In this document: piece by piece, positions 1-9,850 of the stretch
Position numbering within the stretch: the first letter of the stretch is position 1
Layout: every line of letters starts with the position of its first letter
From: an uncultured bacterium
GTDB lineage: Bacteria > Desulfobacterota > Deferrimicrobia > J040
Direction: 5' to 3'
Length of the DNA stretch: 64,000 bases
Assembly: GCA_964429585.1 (NCBI GenBank)
Contig: CAYSCN010000008.1
Coordinates: 7,530-71,529, forward strand
Translations under genes and position numbers: made by a program
The notes under the pieces: model-generated
What the model was told of the DNA's origin: nothing
What the model saw: only the letters and a program-made list of their open reading frames with translations
Database searches by the model: none

Positions 1-305
1 TCACATATGAGATTAAATTATATATTGGAATGTCAATTTATTTCATTTTATATAAAGAAAATAGCAAGTATTATACCTTCACGCTTGCTGCATTGTCTTC
101 ACATCTATTCGTTTTTTAAGATTTTTTTAGACTATAACCTGCAAACGACACACGGGGGAGAAAATATTTATACATTGAATAAAATATATTTCACAGCGTT
201 TGTAAAATGTTAGCCAGGGCAGGGATTCAGCAATACCACACGGAAGCAGCACAATCACCTGCTGCAGCAATATCAATCCCGGTTCTTCCACCTCGATCCC
301 AAGGG

Positions 306-1838
306 CTAACGCGAGTAACCCTTTCTCATCGCGCTTTTCATTTTTCGTGTAATCACGGGTAGTTCCCCTAACACGGTGAGGCCCAGATCTTTCTCGATCT
401 CTTCCCTGCGCCTTATTGAATCATCAAAGTATTCGGCAATAAACGCCAGGCCAACACCGAAAAATACGCTCACTATGAGACCAACCCCCGAAAATATCAC
501 GAGTTTCTTTATTTCCGGGAAGTCGGGGGGATACGCTGCATCGATCACTTTGATATATCCATCACCTCTCGTATTGTTGACTTTCAGGATACTGGCCCTG
601 CCAAGCTGCTCGCGGAGACTGCGGACTTCCCTCTCCCTGCTCTCTATCTCCTGAGTGAGCCTATTCAACTCGGAGAGGCTCTCCATTATTCTGTTTAGTT
701 TCCCTTTCGCCTCGTCGATCTTTTCGGATATATCCCTCTTCTCCGTCAGCAATTTCCGTTTCATCGATTCAAGAAATTCTTTCTGGCTCTCTATGCTCTT
801 TTCACGTCGATTGTCGCTCACCAGGGACTTCGGCGAATTAGCCCTTGCATCTTCGAGCCTCTTCTCGAGTTTTTCCACCTGCACTCGCAAGGCAACCACA
901 TACGGATGTTTGTCAGTGTGAGTCCTCCTGGCATTATTCAGCTCCGCTCGAAGCTCATTGAGGTCCTTCTCCAGTTTCTTCACGAGACTCGATTCCTGGG
1001 TCTTGTTCTCATCGCTGGCAGAAGACATAGGGGTGAACTCATAATTCCCGGTTGCCAGCTGATAATCAATTTTCTTCAACTTCCCGTCTATCTCATCATA
1101 TTTTGCCTCATATTCCTGTATTTTCTTCTTCTGTTCGCTCACTGCCTCCTCTATAGAAGTCGGAGAGACGACGTTCTCTCTTTTGTAAAATTCTCCAAGC
1201 GCTTTTTGAGCCTCTTTCAATTGTTTAAGAGAAGCTTTCAGCTTGGCTTCGACAAAATTGTAGGCGTTCTGGGTTTTTACAGAGAGATTGGTGTTCACCT
1301 CGTTTATGTACTTCTTGATGAATGTATTCACAATATTCGCTGCCTTTACCGAAGATGACGCACGCGCACTTATCTGTATGATATTGGTGCCTCTCAAAAT
1401 TTTGACGCTCGTTGCCTTGAGCAAATCGTCAATCGCGCTCTCCACCGGATTTATATCCGTTTTGAAAAGAGCCTTCTTTATCTTCTCGACCAGGGAGAGT
1501 TCCTTTGAGGATTCATCGAGCTTGAGTTCTTTTACGACCTGTTCGCATATTTTCCTGCTTCGCAGGATCTCCCTCTGGTTTTTCAGGAATACGCTCCTGT
1601 TTCTGAGGTCTGTTAGATAGGGCATCACATTTTTGGGAATTGCCGGAAGATTTATCACTATTTTCGCCTGCGCCTTGTATTTCAAGGGAAACAAGTATAA
1701 TCCGACGGCACAGGTCAACAGAACACTCAGCATCCCTGCGAGAAAAACCAGCTTTCTCGTCTTTACGATACTTATAAAAGTAGAAAGTATATCCTTGTCG
1801 TGTTCTTCGTAACTCATCTTATATCCTCCAGATTTCAT
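306..1838 (-). CDS. Polysaccharide co-polymerase (Wzz/EpsF-type chain-length determinant), two TM segments flanking a long coiled-coil periplasmic region
   Basis: N-terminal TM (LVFLAGMLSVLLTCAVGLYLF), ~350 aa coiled-coil-rich middle region, C-terminal TM (LVIFSGVGLIVSVFFGVGLAFIAEYF). Sits directly downstream of a BY-kinase gene. Possible true start at MSYEE. Confidence 0.75.
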   Translation of the reverse strand: MKSGGYKMSYEEHDKDILSTFISIVKTRKLVFLAGMLSVLLTCAVGLYLFPLKYKAQAKIVINLPAIPKNVMPYLTDLRNRSVFLKNQREILRSRKICEQVVKELKLDESSKELSLVEKIKKALFKTDINPVESAIDDLLKATSVKILRGTNIIQISARASSSVKAANIVNTFIKKYINEVNTNLSVKTQNAYNFVEAKLKASLKQLKEAQKALGEFYKRENVVSPTSIEEAVSEQKKKIQEYEAKYDEIDGKLKKIDYQLATGNYEFTPMSSASDENKTQESSLVKKLEKDLNELRAELNNARRTHTDKHPYVVALRVQVEKLEKRLEDARANSPKSLVSDNRREKSIESQKEFLESMKRKLLTEKRDISEKIDEAKGKLNRIMESLSELNRLTQEIESREREVRSLREQLGRASILKVNNTRGDGYIKVIDAAYPPDFPEIKKLVIFSGVGLIVSVFFGVGLAFIAEYFDDSIRRREEIEKDLGLTVLGELPVITRKMKSAMRKGYSR

Positions 1839-1870
1839 TGTTTACGCTAGAGCGCTCTTGTGTCGACTTT

Positions 1871-2626
1871 TTAGTATTTCGAGTAATACCTGTGATAGTC
1901 GCGATACACGTCTGGATTGGATTCGGAATAGTTCAGGACCACTCCGGCTATTTTCTCCTTGCCGATGAGTTTAACCGAGTTCTCCACGACGCTTTTTTTG
2001 GTGTGCCCGGCCTTTACAACGAGGATGATCCCATCGGCAACATCAGATATCACCAGCGGATCGGCAATTATACACGCTGGACCAGCATCTATGATGAAAA
2101 AGTACTCCTGATTGATCGAATTGATTGCGTCCCTCAGAGCAGTCATCTTTCGGGTGGTGATGTACACGCTGTCTCTATCAGATACAGGACCAGAAGGAAT
2201 GATCGATAGATTGGGTATGTTCGTTTTCAACATCACATCCGTGAGGGGAAGACCCTCTTCAAAAAAAGAGGACAACCCCTTCGCCTGCCTTCCAAGGCCA
2301 AACACTTCGTGTATCGAGGGTTTCCTCAGATCGAAGTCTACCAAAACCGTCTCCTTTTCAATTTCTGGTGCAATGGAGACCGCGAGGTTGGACGCCACGA
2401 AGGTCTTTCCCTCTTGTGGCATAGTGCTCGTCACCAGGATGGATCTCATTCCCTTTCTCTTTATCTGGCGAAGCAGGCCGAACCTCATGATTCTGAACTG
2501 CTCGGCCACAAATGAGTGAGGCGCCGAATAAGTGAACAAATTCCTCGTTGCCCCCTCAACGTTCACGACTTCCCGTCCATCACTGGTTTTCTTTTCAAGT
2601 TTCTGATCCTCTTTCAGAATTTTCAT
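1871..2626 (-). CDS. Tyrosine-protein kinase (BY-kinase, CpsD/EpsG-like), encoded separately from the PCP
   Basis: Walker A motif VTSTMPQEGKT and DxD-type Walker A'/B motifs. Tyrosine-rich C-terminal tail YRDYHRYYSKY typical of BY-kinases. Confidence 0.8.
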   Translation of the reverse strand: MKILKEDQKLEKKTSDGREVVNVEGATRNLFTYSAPHSFVAEQFRIMRFGLLRQIKRKGMRSILVTSTMPQEGKTFVASNLAVSIAPEIEKETVLVDFDLRKPSIHEVFGLGRQAKGLSSFFEEGLPLTDVMLKTNIPNLSIIPSGPVSDRDSVYITTRKMTALRDAINSINQEYFFIIDAGPACIIADPLVISDVADGIILVVKAGHTKKSVVENSVKLIGKEKIAGVVLNYSESNPDVYRDYHRYYSKY

Positions 2627-2796
2627 TCCGGGTTCTCCTTGTTATCTTTTGTTATCTATTGATCGATGTAACGAACGGCAATATCATAGAAATCAATTTT
2701 TGTTTTACAACTTTCTCATCGGATTAACATCCTGTAGCATGACGAAAAATATTCAGGCAGGAAAGATACCGCGAAAGGCTGATATCTTTTAACTGG

Positions 2797-4368
2797 CTAC
2801 TCTATTCTCAGATTTTTGGGCGGGCTAGGGGTCTTCACTCCGCAAGGATATTCGTATGCGCCTACATCCAGATAGGTTATTGTACCCGCTCCCCTGTTTA
2901 CTTTGGCCGGTTCATCGCACCTTGGCTTTCCCTCGAGGTCTTTCTCCAGGTAGGAAGCTGCAAACATTCCGGCATCAATACAGGGGCTCGTCGCCAAAAG
3001 TCGGAAATTTCCACTTACAGGGTCCACAAATTGGGGATCACCAGTGATTGAATGAGTCCCCGGTCCCGACACGGCACCAGACCGATTAAAGTAGCAGTTG
3101 TAATCCACAGTCGTCCCGATTGAAGATGAGGTATCTATTACAACTGGTGATGCATTCCCGCTCACCACGATTATGTTGTTCAACAGCTCCGCGTTCGACG
3201 AATCATTGACCAAATGAGGACCGTCATAATCCGAATTCATATATAAAGTGTTGTTGTAAAACTTCACACCAGTAACGCCGCTGAAATAAAAGGGTGCTCT
3301 GTAACTGCCGTGAGACCCAATATTGTAAAAAAGATTACTATAATACATATGATCACTTGAAGGTCCTGAACCGTATCCGGGCTTCGCATTGCTTTCGAAT
3401 ATCCCAAATCCGGCGTTGTATATCACGTTTCCATACCACCTGTTCCTGGCATGACCTTCACCGTGGAGAATCCAGTAGTAACTGTAAATTGCTTCATCAG
3501 AAATATCGTGAATGGTGTTGCCATACACCTGAGAATCCTCATTCGAACTCAGCGCTATACCAGTGCCGCAATTGTATACATTGTTATACCTGATGATATT
3601 CTTATCACCACTCCCTATATCTATGCCCAAACCGTTTCCGTATGAAGTATTCCTTTCTACCAGAAGAAAATCTGCCTGCTCGCTGGCTATCCCGGCAAAG
3701 CTGGGGGAATTGTAAGTCGTGCATCCTCTTATCGTAACGTGGTTTGGTCTCCCACCATCCCACTGGTAAACATCAATTCCCGAATACGTGCTCGTATCGT
3801 GGACCACGCAGTTTTCGACGAGTATGTTGTTGACGTTACCTCTCAACTGTATCCCTTCTCCCCCCGTATCGTGAACCTCGAGCCCTATCAACTCAACAAA
3901 AGTAGCGGGATTACTCGTATTGCCCTCTTCATGTTCTATTAGAATCCCCCAGCCGGAGCTGTTGTTCCTTATTTCCAGGCCCTTTATCCTGACGTAATCC
4001 TGCCCACGGATGCTCAATATTGCGCCCCAGCCAGTTTTGCCACCTCCATCTATGATCACCTTCTGTCCCTGATAGGCCTGGACTGCAATATAACTTCCAG
4101 TTGTGCCGGAACGGTTTATGGAAACGATCTCGCTGTATGTCCCCCCCATCACGTTCAGCGTGTCTCCCGGATTCAACCTGTCGACTCCGTACTGTATGGT
4201 CCGCCAGGGAGCACTGATGGACCCGTCATTACTGTCGCTACCAGAGACTGAGACGTAGTACTCGGCAGCATCACCACTGGCGACCATCAAAAACACCAGG
4301 CACAAAATGATCGCGGAAAACATGAAGACTTTTCTAAAAATCACTGTTTCCCCAATCAGGACATCCAT
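2797..4368 (-). CDS. Secreted right-handed parallel beta-helix (pectate-lyase fold) protein, probable polysaccharide lyase/epimerase/hydrolase
   Basis: Signal peptide (MFSAIILCLVFLMVASGDAA; true start likely ~4323). N-terminal YYVSVSGSDSNDGS...PWRTIQ motif typical of beta-helix enzymes. Repetitive N/G-rich beta-helix coils. C-terminal tail KTPSPPKNLRIE. Confidence 0.7.
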   Translation of the reverse strand: MDVLIGETVIFRKVFMFSAIILCLVFLMVASGDAAEYYVSVSGSDSNDGSISAPWRTIQYGVDRLNPGDTLNVMGGTYSEIVSINRSGTTGSYIAVQAYQGQKVIIDGGGKTGWGAILSIRGQDYVRIKGLEIRNNSSGWGILIEHEEGNTSNPATFVELIGLEVHDTGGEGIQLRGNVNNILVENCVVHDTSTYSGIDVYQWDGGRPNHVTIRGCTTYNSPSFAGIASEQADFLLVERNTSYGNGLGIDIGSGDKNIIRYNNVYNCGTGIALSSNEDSQVYGNTIHDISDEAIYSYYWILHGEGHARNRWYGNVIYNAGFGIFESNAKPGYGSGPSSDHMYYSNLFYNIGSHGSYRAPFYFSGVTGVKFYNNTLYMNSDYDGPHLVNDSSNAELLNNIIVVSGNASPVVIDTSSSIGTTVDYNCYFNRSGAVSGPGTHSITGDPQFVDPVSGNFRLLATSPCIDAGMFAASYLEKDLEGKPRCDEPAKVNRGAGTITYLDVGAYEYPCGVKTPSPPKNLRIE

Positions 4369-5627
4369 TACTGCACGATTTTCAGGTTTTGAGGGGGACT
4401 TGGGGTCTTCCCCGTAGACCCTCCCGTAACAAGCGGGTGTGGATACTGAAACGGAGTCCAGGTGAATCCATCATCCTTTACTGTCGGAGCACGGAGGAAA
4501 TATTCCACTCCTTCCCTTATGCACCCACTACAGGTATCATAGTAAGTTCCGAAGCAGTTGCTGCCGCACCCTGTTTCACCCCAAACCCAGAAGTCCTGGG
4601 GTCCCTCACACACACCGTTAGTACATGGGTAATCGAGAACGTGAGAACAGTCGCCACAGCCTCCGCTCCCTGCGCCCCCATCGATCATGAGACCGAAGTA
4701 GATCCACCCATTTTTGAACTCGTACACGTTTCCGGTGGAAATCCCTGAACCCGATCGGATGAGAGCTCCACATACATTTGTGCTCTCGTATACATTGTTA
4801 TAATGCTCGAAGAGCCTGCCACCATGCGGAGTTCCAACAGGGTCGGCATACTTACAATAGTCATAACTCGGCCCATGTACATCGACACAAAGAGATGCAT
4901 TTCTAATCGTATTCTTGCGAAAAACAATCTTGGAATTGCAAAAGCCAGATATGGAATGGTAACAACCATCGAAAACATTGTCTTCGAAAAACAGCGCGTT
5001 CCTTGTTCCCATTGGGGGACGAGTTTTGTCATAATTACCGAAACCGTGTACGTAAAAGCCATACTCCCCGCTCCGGCACTTGAAAACACTGTGATGAACG
5101 ACCCCGTACCAACCCTCCAGAAGAACGATAGGTCCTCTCCCTGAGATAGTCAGGTGATGCCAGTTCAATTCTTTTCCGGGGCCGCTCGCTGGTCTCAGGG
5201 GCTCACTTGTGATATTTCTCGTCCTTGAAGCACCGTCTATCGACATGTAGGCGAGCTCGACGAGGTTCGATCCTGATGTCGGTACCTTAAGGTAAAAATC
5301 GGTTATCACGGTCTGCCCCTGTCCAGCACCGATGATTCTGACGTCCACGTCGGGACCCGTGTTGAGTACAACACCGTTTGTCCACGTGCAATTGCCGGCA
5401 GGGATATAAACAGTGCCTCCCCCTCCGGAAATTACCTTATCCACGGCGCTTTGGACGTCAGCCTCGGAACAGCTGTTTGCTGTAACGTCAAGAGCCAGTG
5501 CGCTCACTGTCATCGCTGTCAAAAGCAGAAAAGCAAATAAGATTATGTTTATTTTTCGAACGATCATTTCAATTTCCTTTCTCCGCAATTTACATGCCAC
5601 CGGGTTAGTCTCCCCTTTATCTGCCAA
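4368..5627 (-). CDS. Secreted Cys-rich right-handed beta-helix protein (pectin-lyase-fold), paralogous in architecture to the downstream gene
   Basis: Signal peptide MIVRKINIILFAFLLLTAMTVSALA (true start ATG ~5567, with AGGAAA RBS). Beta-helix-like repeats. Many Cys near the C-terminus. C-terminal tail KTPSPPQNLKIVQ. Confidence 0.65.
   Translation of the reverse strand: MADKGETNPVACKLRRKEIEMIVRKINIILFAFLLLTAMTVSALALDVTANSCSEADVQSAVDKVISGGGGTVYIPAGNCTWTNGVVLNTGPDVDVRIIGAGQGQTVITDFYLKVPTSGSNLVELAYMSIDGASRTRNITSEPLRPASGPGKELNWHHLTISGRGPIVLLEGWYGVVHHSVFKCRSGEYGFYVHGFGNYDKTRPPMGTRNALFFEDNVFDGCYHSISGFCNSKIVFRKNTIRNASLCVDVHGPSYDYCKYADPVGTPHGGRLFEHYNNVYESTNVCGALIRSGSGISTGNVYEFKNGWIYFGLMIDGGAGSGGCGDCSHVLDYPCTNGVCEGPQDFWVWGETGCGSNCFGTYYDTCSGCIREGVEYFLRAPTVKDDGFTWTPFQYPHPLVTGGSTGKTPSPPQNLKIVQ
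5585..5599 (-). promoter_or_regulatory. sigma54-type -24/-12 element TGGCATGTAAATTGC (GG-N10-GC), upstream of the beta-helix gene; identical 15-mer recurs at 25740-25754
   Basis: Minus-strand sequence reads CCCGGTGGCATGTAAATTGCGGAG. A perfect 22-bp palindrome (5671-5692) lies ~90 bp upstream like an enhancer/UAS. Caveat: only ~17 nt separate the GC element from the ATG. Confidence 0.4.
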
Positions 5628-5729
5628 TTTACGATAGTTTCCTCGAATTTCCCGTTTTTCCGGGTCGAGTGTTATTTCATTAATGAAATAACCATATCAA
5701 AATTGTCATATTCACCGCTTCGGGCTTCC

Positions 5730-7103
5730 TCACTTTACATCAAGTGGTATCATTACACTCCTCCTGCCAGTGTAATCGGGCGGGTTTTCAACGAAGGTTT
5801 TCAACTCCTCTTCTCCTACGAAGATTCTCACCCTCTTCCCCTCCGGAACATAGAACGTCATCCCGGCCAGCACTCCGACTCTGGGCGGCCTGAATCCTGA
5901 AACTGGATCTTCGATCCCCCGTATGTGTATCGTAACCTCTTCATCGGCCAATTGAAAGTCCCATTTCAGATATCTTCGGGCCACGTAATAATTCAAAAGA
6001 CTCGAAGTTTTTGCAACGTAGATATCTCCTCTCCTGTATTCCCTCGCCAACCTGCGAAGTGCCTTGATCGTTTCAGGACACATGTAACCTTCGCAATCGT
6101 CGTTCTTACCCAGGTGTGTATATACAATCGAGAAGCCCCCAACTTTTTTCAGACGTTCGAGAGTCCTCTCCGATAACACATAGGCAAGCCTCCTGTTGGT
6201 AGCTCCCGTTCCAACCCCACGCCAGTAGTTGTCGAACCTCATGAATTCAAAAATCTTCTGCCCATCGTCGAGCTCTCGGACCTGAACCAGATCGTTTGTT
6301 CCATGAAGCGCGTACTTCCTGCTACCCAGAATACCGAGCACGTTCTTGGCCACCTCTTTGGCTATATTCAACAATGAGTAAAAAGGGTGAACAGGGTCGT
6401 AAATGGAAGCAAAGGTTTCGAACCCAATGGGTGTTGCCTGGCCGATTACCATAGTTACCCTACCCAACCAGGCGAACCTGATCCCATACTTTATGGTCAT
6501 GTCTGCATGATAAGTGGAGGAACCCGGATGATCTCCTGTTCCAAACGTCACATCGTCCCCCATATTGCTCGGCGACCTGTCGTGATCCACCCACACCTCT
6601 AACTTCAGCCCCTTCCTCCTGAGCTCGCTGATCATTCTGAACGCATCCATTCGAGACAGGCCAGGTTTCTTCCCGTACGAGTGTATGATATCGATCGTGC
6701 CCTCCCTGATGAATTCGTCGATTACTCTCACGATCTTCCCGTCTCCACCAAAATACGAAATGGCCCCCGAAGCAGGCTCGAAAGGAAGGAAACTGTCTCC
6801 AATCTCGAGATTCACCCCCCTTCCCACGCTCGTCATCTCCGAACTGTTGAGAAATTTATGTATCTGGATAAATTCATCGAGCGTCTCCGTGTTGTCCGCA
6901 TCGTTCGAAATGGCGAGAGCCGCTCTGTAGGGAAACGGAAATTTCCTGAGCGAAACAGATACGGTGGTATCGTATGTATTATGATAGAGCGCATTTATTT
7001 TTCTTATTGGGGCAAAATAAAAGAAGTAAACGGTCAATAACACCGCTGTCAGCAAACCGGCCAACAACACCGAAATTCTTTTTCCATTCCTGTTTAAACC
7101 CAT
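5730..7103 (-). CDS. Membrane-anchored hypothetical protein of the polysaccharide locus (possibly esterase/deacetylase-like; family not recognised)
   Basis: Single N-terminal TM (ISVLLAGLLTAVLLTVYFFYF), then a large soluble domain. In operon context with GTs. No confident motif match. Confidence 0.45.
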   Translation of the reverse strand: MGLNRNGKRISVLLAGLLTAVLLTVYFFYFAPIRKINALYHNTYDTTVSVSLRKFPFPYRAALAISNDADNTETLDEFIQIHKFLNSSEMTSVGRGVNLEIGDSFLPFEPASGAISYFGGDGKIVRVIDEFIREGTIDIIHSYGKKPGLSRMDAFRMISELRRKGLKLEVWVDHDRSPSNMGDDVTFGTGDHPGSSTYHADMTIKYGIRFAWLGRVTMVIGQATPIGFETFASIYDPVHPFYSLLNIAKEVAKNVLGILGSRKYALHGTNDLVQVRELDDGQKIFEFMRFDNYWRGVGTGATNRRLAYVLSERTLERLKKVGGFSIVYTHLGKNDDCEGYMCPETIKALRRLAREYRRGDIYVAKTSSLLNYYVARRYLKWDFQLADEEVTIHIRGIEDPVSGFRPPRVGVLAGMTFYVPEGKRVRIFVGEEELKTFVENPPDYTGRRSVMIPLDVK

Positions 7104-7149
7104 ATTTTTCGTAAAATCCTCTATCTATAATTTCTTTTCTGTTACAAAA

Positions 7150-8283
7150 TCAGGCAAATTTCTCTTTCCCGTTCGAAAGAGCCTTTCGATAGATATTTAC
7201 AGTGTTTTCTGCAATGCTGTCCCAAGACAGATCTCCAATCGCCTTTTCAAAAGCTTTCTCTCCCATTGCCATCCTTTTTTCACGGTCCCGGAGAAGGTCG
7301 ATTATAGCCTCGGCGAGTTTGACACTGTCCCTGGGGGGAACGACGTATCCCGTTTCTCCGTGGTCGACCACTTCCGGAAGGCTCCCCACCTCCGTCACCA
7401 CAACTGGTTTCCTGAAAGCATATGCAAGGGGAAGGACTCCGCTCTGCGAAGCTTCTATGTAAGGAAGCGCCACGATACTCGCCTCCTGAAACAATCTTGC
7501 CACCGTTTCATTCGATATGTAGTCGTTGTAAACGACAAAACGATCTTTATTGACCATCATTTTCAAGTACCGGGACATGTCCTCGCCTCTACCAGCTATC
7601 ACTATTTTGGCATTTGGAACTGCCTCGGTTATCAGGGGCTCTGCTTCTATAAGATATTGCAATCCCTTGTATTCCCATATTCTGCCGAAAAACAGGATAT
7701 TTCCCTCGTCTTCTTCAATCTCGTCCTTAATATATCTTGTGTAAATGGAATTTATTCCTCTGTAAATGACGTTTATATCTTCAGGTGGCTTTGCTACCCT
7801 CTCCAGCATCTGCTCCTTGAGTTTCTGCCCGTGCACTATTATTTGATCTGCCAGCCGAATCGCCAATTTGTGAGTGAAAACGGATATTTTTTTGGATTCC
7901 TCGTCACCTATGTGAAGCTCCACGTCGTGAATCGTGGTGACGAGCGGATACTTTCTCAAATACGGCAAAAAAATGTTGAACCAGGGATCCCCCCTCTGTA
8001 TGTGTATCACATCGGGTGAAAACCTCTCTATTTCCTTAACTATTCTCCACATCTGCAGGAGATTTACAGGATACCGCATACGCGATCTCTTGAACGGCTT
8101 CAGCTTGACTTCGGGGTGGATAACATTCCCGAATCTCTGAGCCTGCTTTTCTGGAATCATCAACATCAATTCCACTTTTCTGCTCAGCGCCTCGGACAGT
8201 TCGAGCGTGTATTCGATATTCGAAAAGGCCAGCATCAAAACTCGCATATTTTTATATTCTCCTGCATATTTATTGATTTTCAA
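7150..8283 (-). CDS. Glycosyltransferase family 4 (GT-B, retaining)
   Basis: C-terminal GT4 motif EASQSGVLPLAYAFRKPVVVTEVGSLPEVV...GETGYVV. Confidence 0.8.
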   Translation of the reverse strand: MKINKYAGEYKNMRVLMLAFSNIEYTLELSEALSRKVELMLMIPEKQAQRFGNVIHPEVKLKPFKRSRMRYPVNLLQMWRIVKEIERFSPDVIHIQRGDPWFNIFLPYLRKYPLVTTIHDVELHIGDEESKKISVFTHKLAIRLADQIIVHGQKLKEQMLERVAKPPEDINVIYRGINSIYTRYIKDEIEEDEGNILFFGRIWEYKGLQYLIEAEPLITEAVPNAKIVIAGRGEDMSRYLKMMVNKDRFVVYNDYISNETVARLFQEASIVALPYIEASQSGVLPLAYAFRKPVVVTEVGSLPEVVDHGETGYVVPPRDSVKLAEAIIDLLRDREKRMAMGEKAFEKAIGDLSWDSIAENTVNIYRKALSNGKEKFA

Positions 8284-8335
8284 CGAAAATCTCTCACTTC
8301 AACCACCGGATTTCCCAAATCTTCCTTGCTCCGAA

Positions 8336-9850
8336 TCAACCTGACGGTTCCGGGTCACTCTCCCCCGCCCACAACCTCCTCAGCATTTCCCTGTCCCTCG
8401 CGGTAAATTCACCGAGAATGAAAAGCATCGCGAAAAATATCAATCCGCTCATGGGCAGAACCAGAAACATGTTCGCCTTCCTGAAGTACATGGTGAAGAC
8501 TCCCATGAGCCCTGCCGCAACCAGAGGCTTGAGGTATATCCGGAAGAAGTTGACCCGGAAAAAGTATTTAGACACGTACCAGTACTGGAACGCAAATGTG
8601 GCGAATGCGGAGGCTACGCTCGAAATAGCCACGCCCACATATTTGTATCTGGGTATCAGTAAGATGTTGAGTCCTATGTTCAAAAACATCGAAATCAAAT
8701 TCGCCCAAAGATTTATTTTCTGTTTCTTTCCCGACACTAGCATATTCGCGAATATCTGGTTGAGACCGAATAGAAGCAGGGTCCAAATTAGAATCGAGAG
8801 GACGGCGACCGAAGGGAGAAATTTCTCGCTGAATATCAGAAGGATAAATTTTCTACCGAGTATCATTGTAACTATTCCTATGGGTATGAATATTATGAAA
8901 AGATACCTTATCGACTCGAGGCATATCTCCCGGAACTTTTTTCGCGAGGTGACGAAAACCCTGAATATAACCGGCTGGATGGCGAGCAAATAGCAACTTA
9001 TACCCATTTTGAAAAGATTCGTCAGTCTGTAACCAGCGCTGTATATGCCGACCTCGTTCTCACCCATCATCCTGTTTAGAATGAGCATGTCTATATTGAG
9101 ACGAATGGTGCTCACGATTATTATCAAGGCGAAAACAGACGTGTTCAAAAGAATCCATTTGCAGAATGTAAGGTCGAGACCAAACGACTCCTGAGAAGTT
9201 TTCCCTATGCACCTCAACGCGAAGTGGAGGCTGATGAATGCGCTCAGCAAGTGCGAGAGCAGAATAACCACCATAAGTGGCACCAAGCCGTATCCCATCA
9301 CGAGCAGCGCGGTTCCTGCCACGACCTTGAATCCGTTTCCAGCTACCTTGGATACCGTTATGTACTCAAAACGCTCAAACCCCCTGCATACGGAATTGGC
9401 GACCAGACTAACTGAGTACGGTATCAGTGACAAACTGAGTATCTGAGCGGAACGAATCGTCTCGGTTTTCTCAGTAACGGCGTAAATGACGCCGTACATG
9501 ACCCCGGCAAAAACGAGGGAGAAAAACACTCCTATCAACGTCGCATTCGTCAGCAAACGACCAGCTTTCGACCTGTCCTGCGACACCTCTCTGGTGATCA
9601 GATAGGTGTATCCGAGGGAAACAAACGCCTGAAAAATGAACAGAAGGGAAAAAGCGGATGAATAAGACCCGAGACCAGTTGGTCCAAGAATTCTCGCTAT
9701 GAAGAAAACCAGGACGAAGGAGCTTAGAGGAGTGGAGATCTGCGTCAAAAAAGACGCTCCCGTGTTGATCGCTATCCTCCTGACAGGCGTCATATGACTT
9801 CTCTTTCGGGTAAACTTTCTTTGTGATAAAACCGGGATTTCATGATGCAC
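8336..9850 (-). CDS. Polysaccharide biosynthesis protein, MOP-superfamily flippase (Wzx-like)
   Basis: ~12-14 predicted TM helices. N-terminus ...INTGASFLTQISTPLSSFVLVFFIARILGPTGLGSY typical of Polysacc_synt family. Likely start at MTPVRR. Confidence 0.7.
   Translation of the reverse strand: MHHEIPVLSQRKFTRKRSHMTPVRRIAINTGASFLTQISTPLSSFVLVFFIARILGPTGLGSYSSAFSLLFIFQAFVSLGYTYLITREVSQDRSKAGRLLTNATLIGVFFSLVFAGVMYGVIYAVTEKTETIRSAQILSLSLIPYSVSLVANSVCRGFERFEYITVSKVAGNGFKVVAGTALLVMGYGLVPLMVVILLSHLLSAFISLHFALRCIGKTSQESFGLDLTFCKWILLNTSVFALIIIVSTIRLNIDMLILNRMMGENEVGIYSAGYRLTNLFKMGISCYLLAIQPVIFRVFVTSRKKFREICLESIRYLFIIFIPIGIVTMILGRKFILLIFSEKFLPSVAVLSILIWTLLLFGLNQIFANMLVSGKKQKINLWANLISMFLNIGLNILLIPRYKYVGVAISSVASAFATFAFQYWYVSKYFFRVNFFRIYLKPLVAAGLMGVFTMYFRKANMFLVLPMSGLIFFAMLFILGEFTARDREMLRRLWAGESDPEPSG

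Noticed and set aside
1-305. AT-rich leading 300 bp with a 68-aa + strand ORF
   Set aside because: Very low GC, poly-A/T runs, no RBS or domain. Looks like 3' non-coding sequence after the PCP gene. A GCAGCA-N8-TGCTGC hairpin (246-265) lacks a U-tract.
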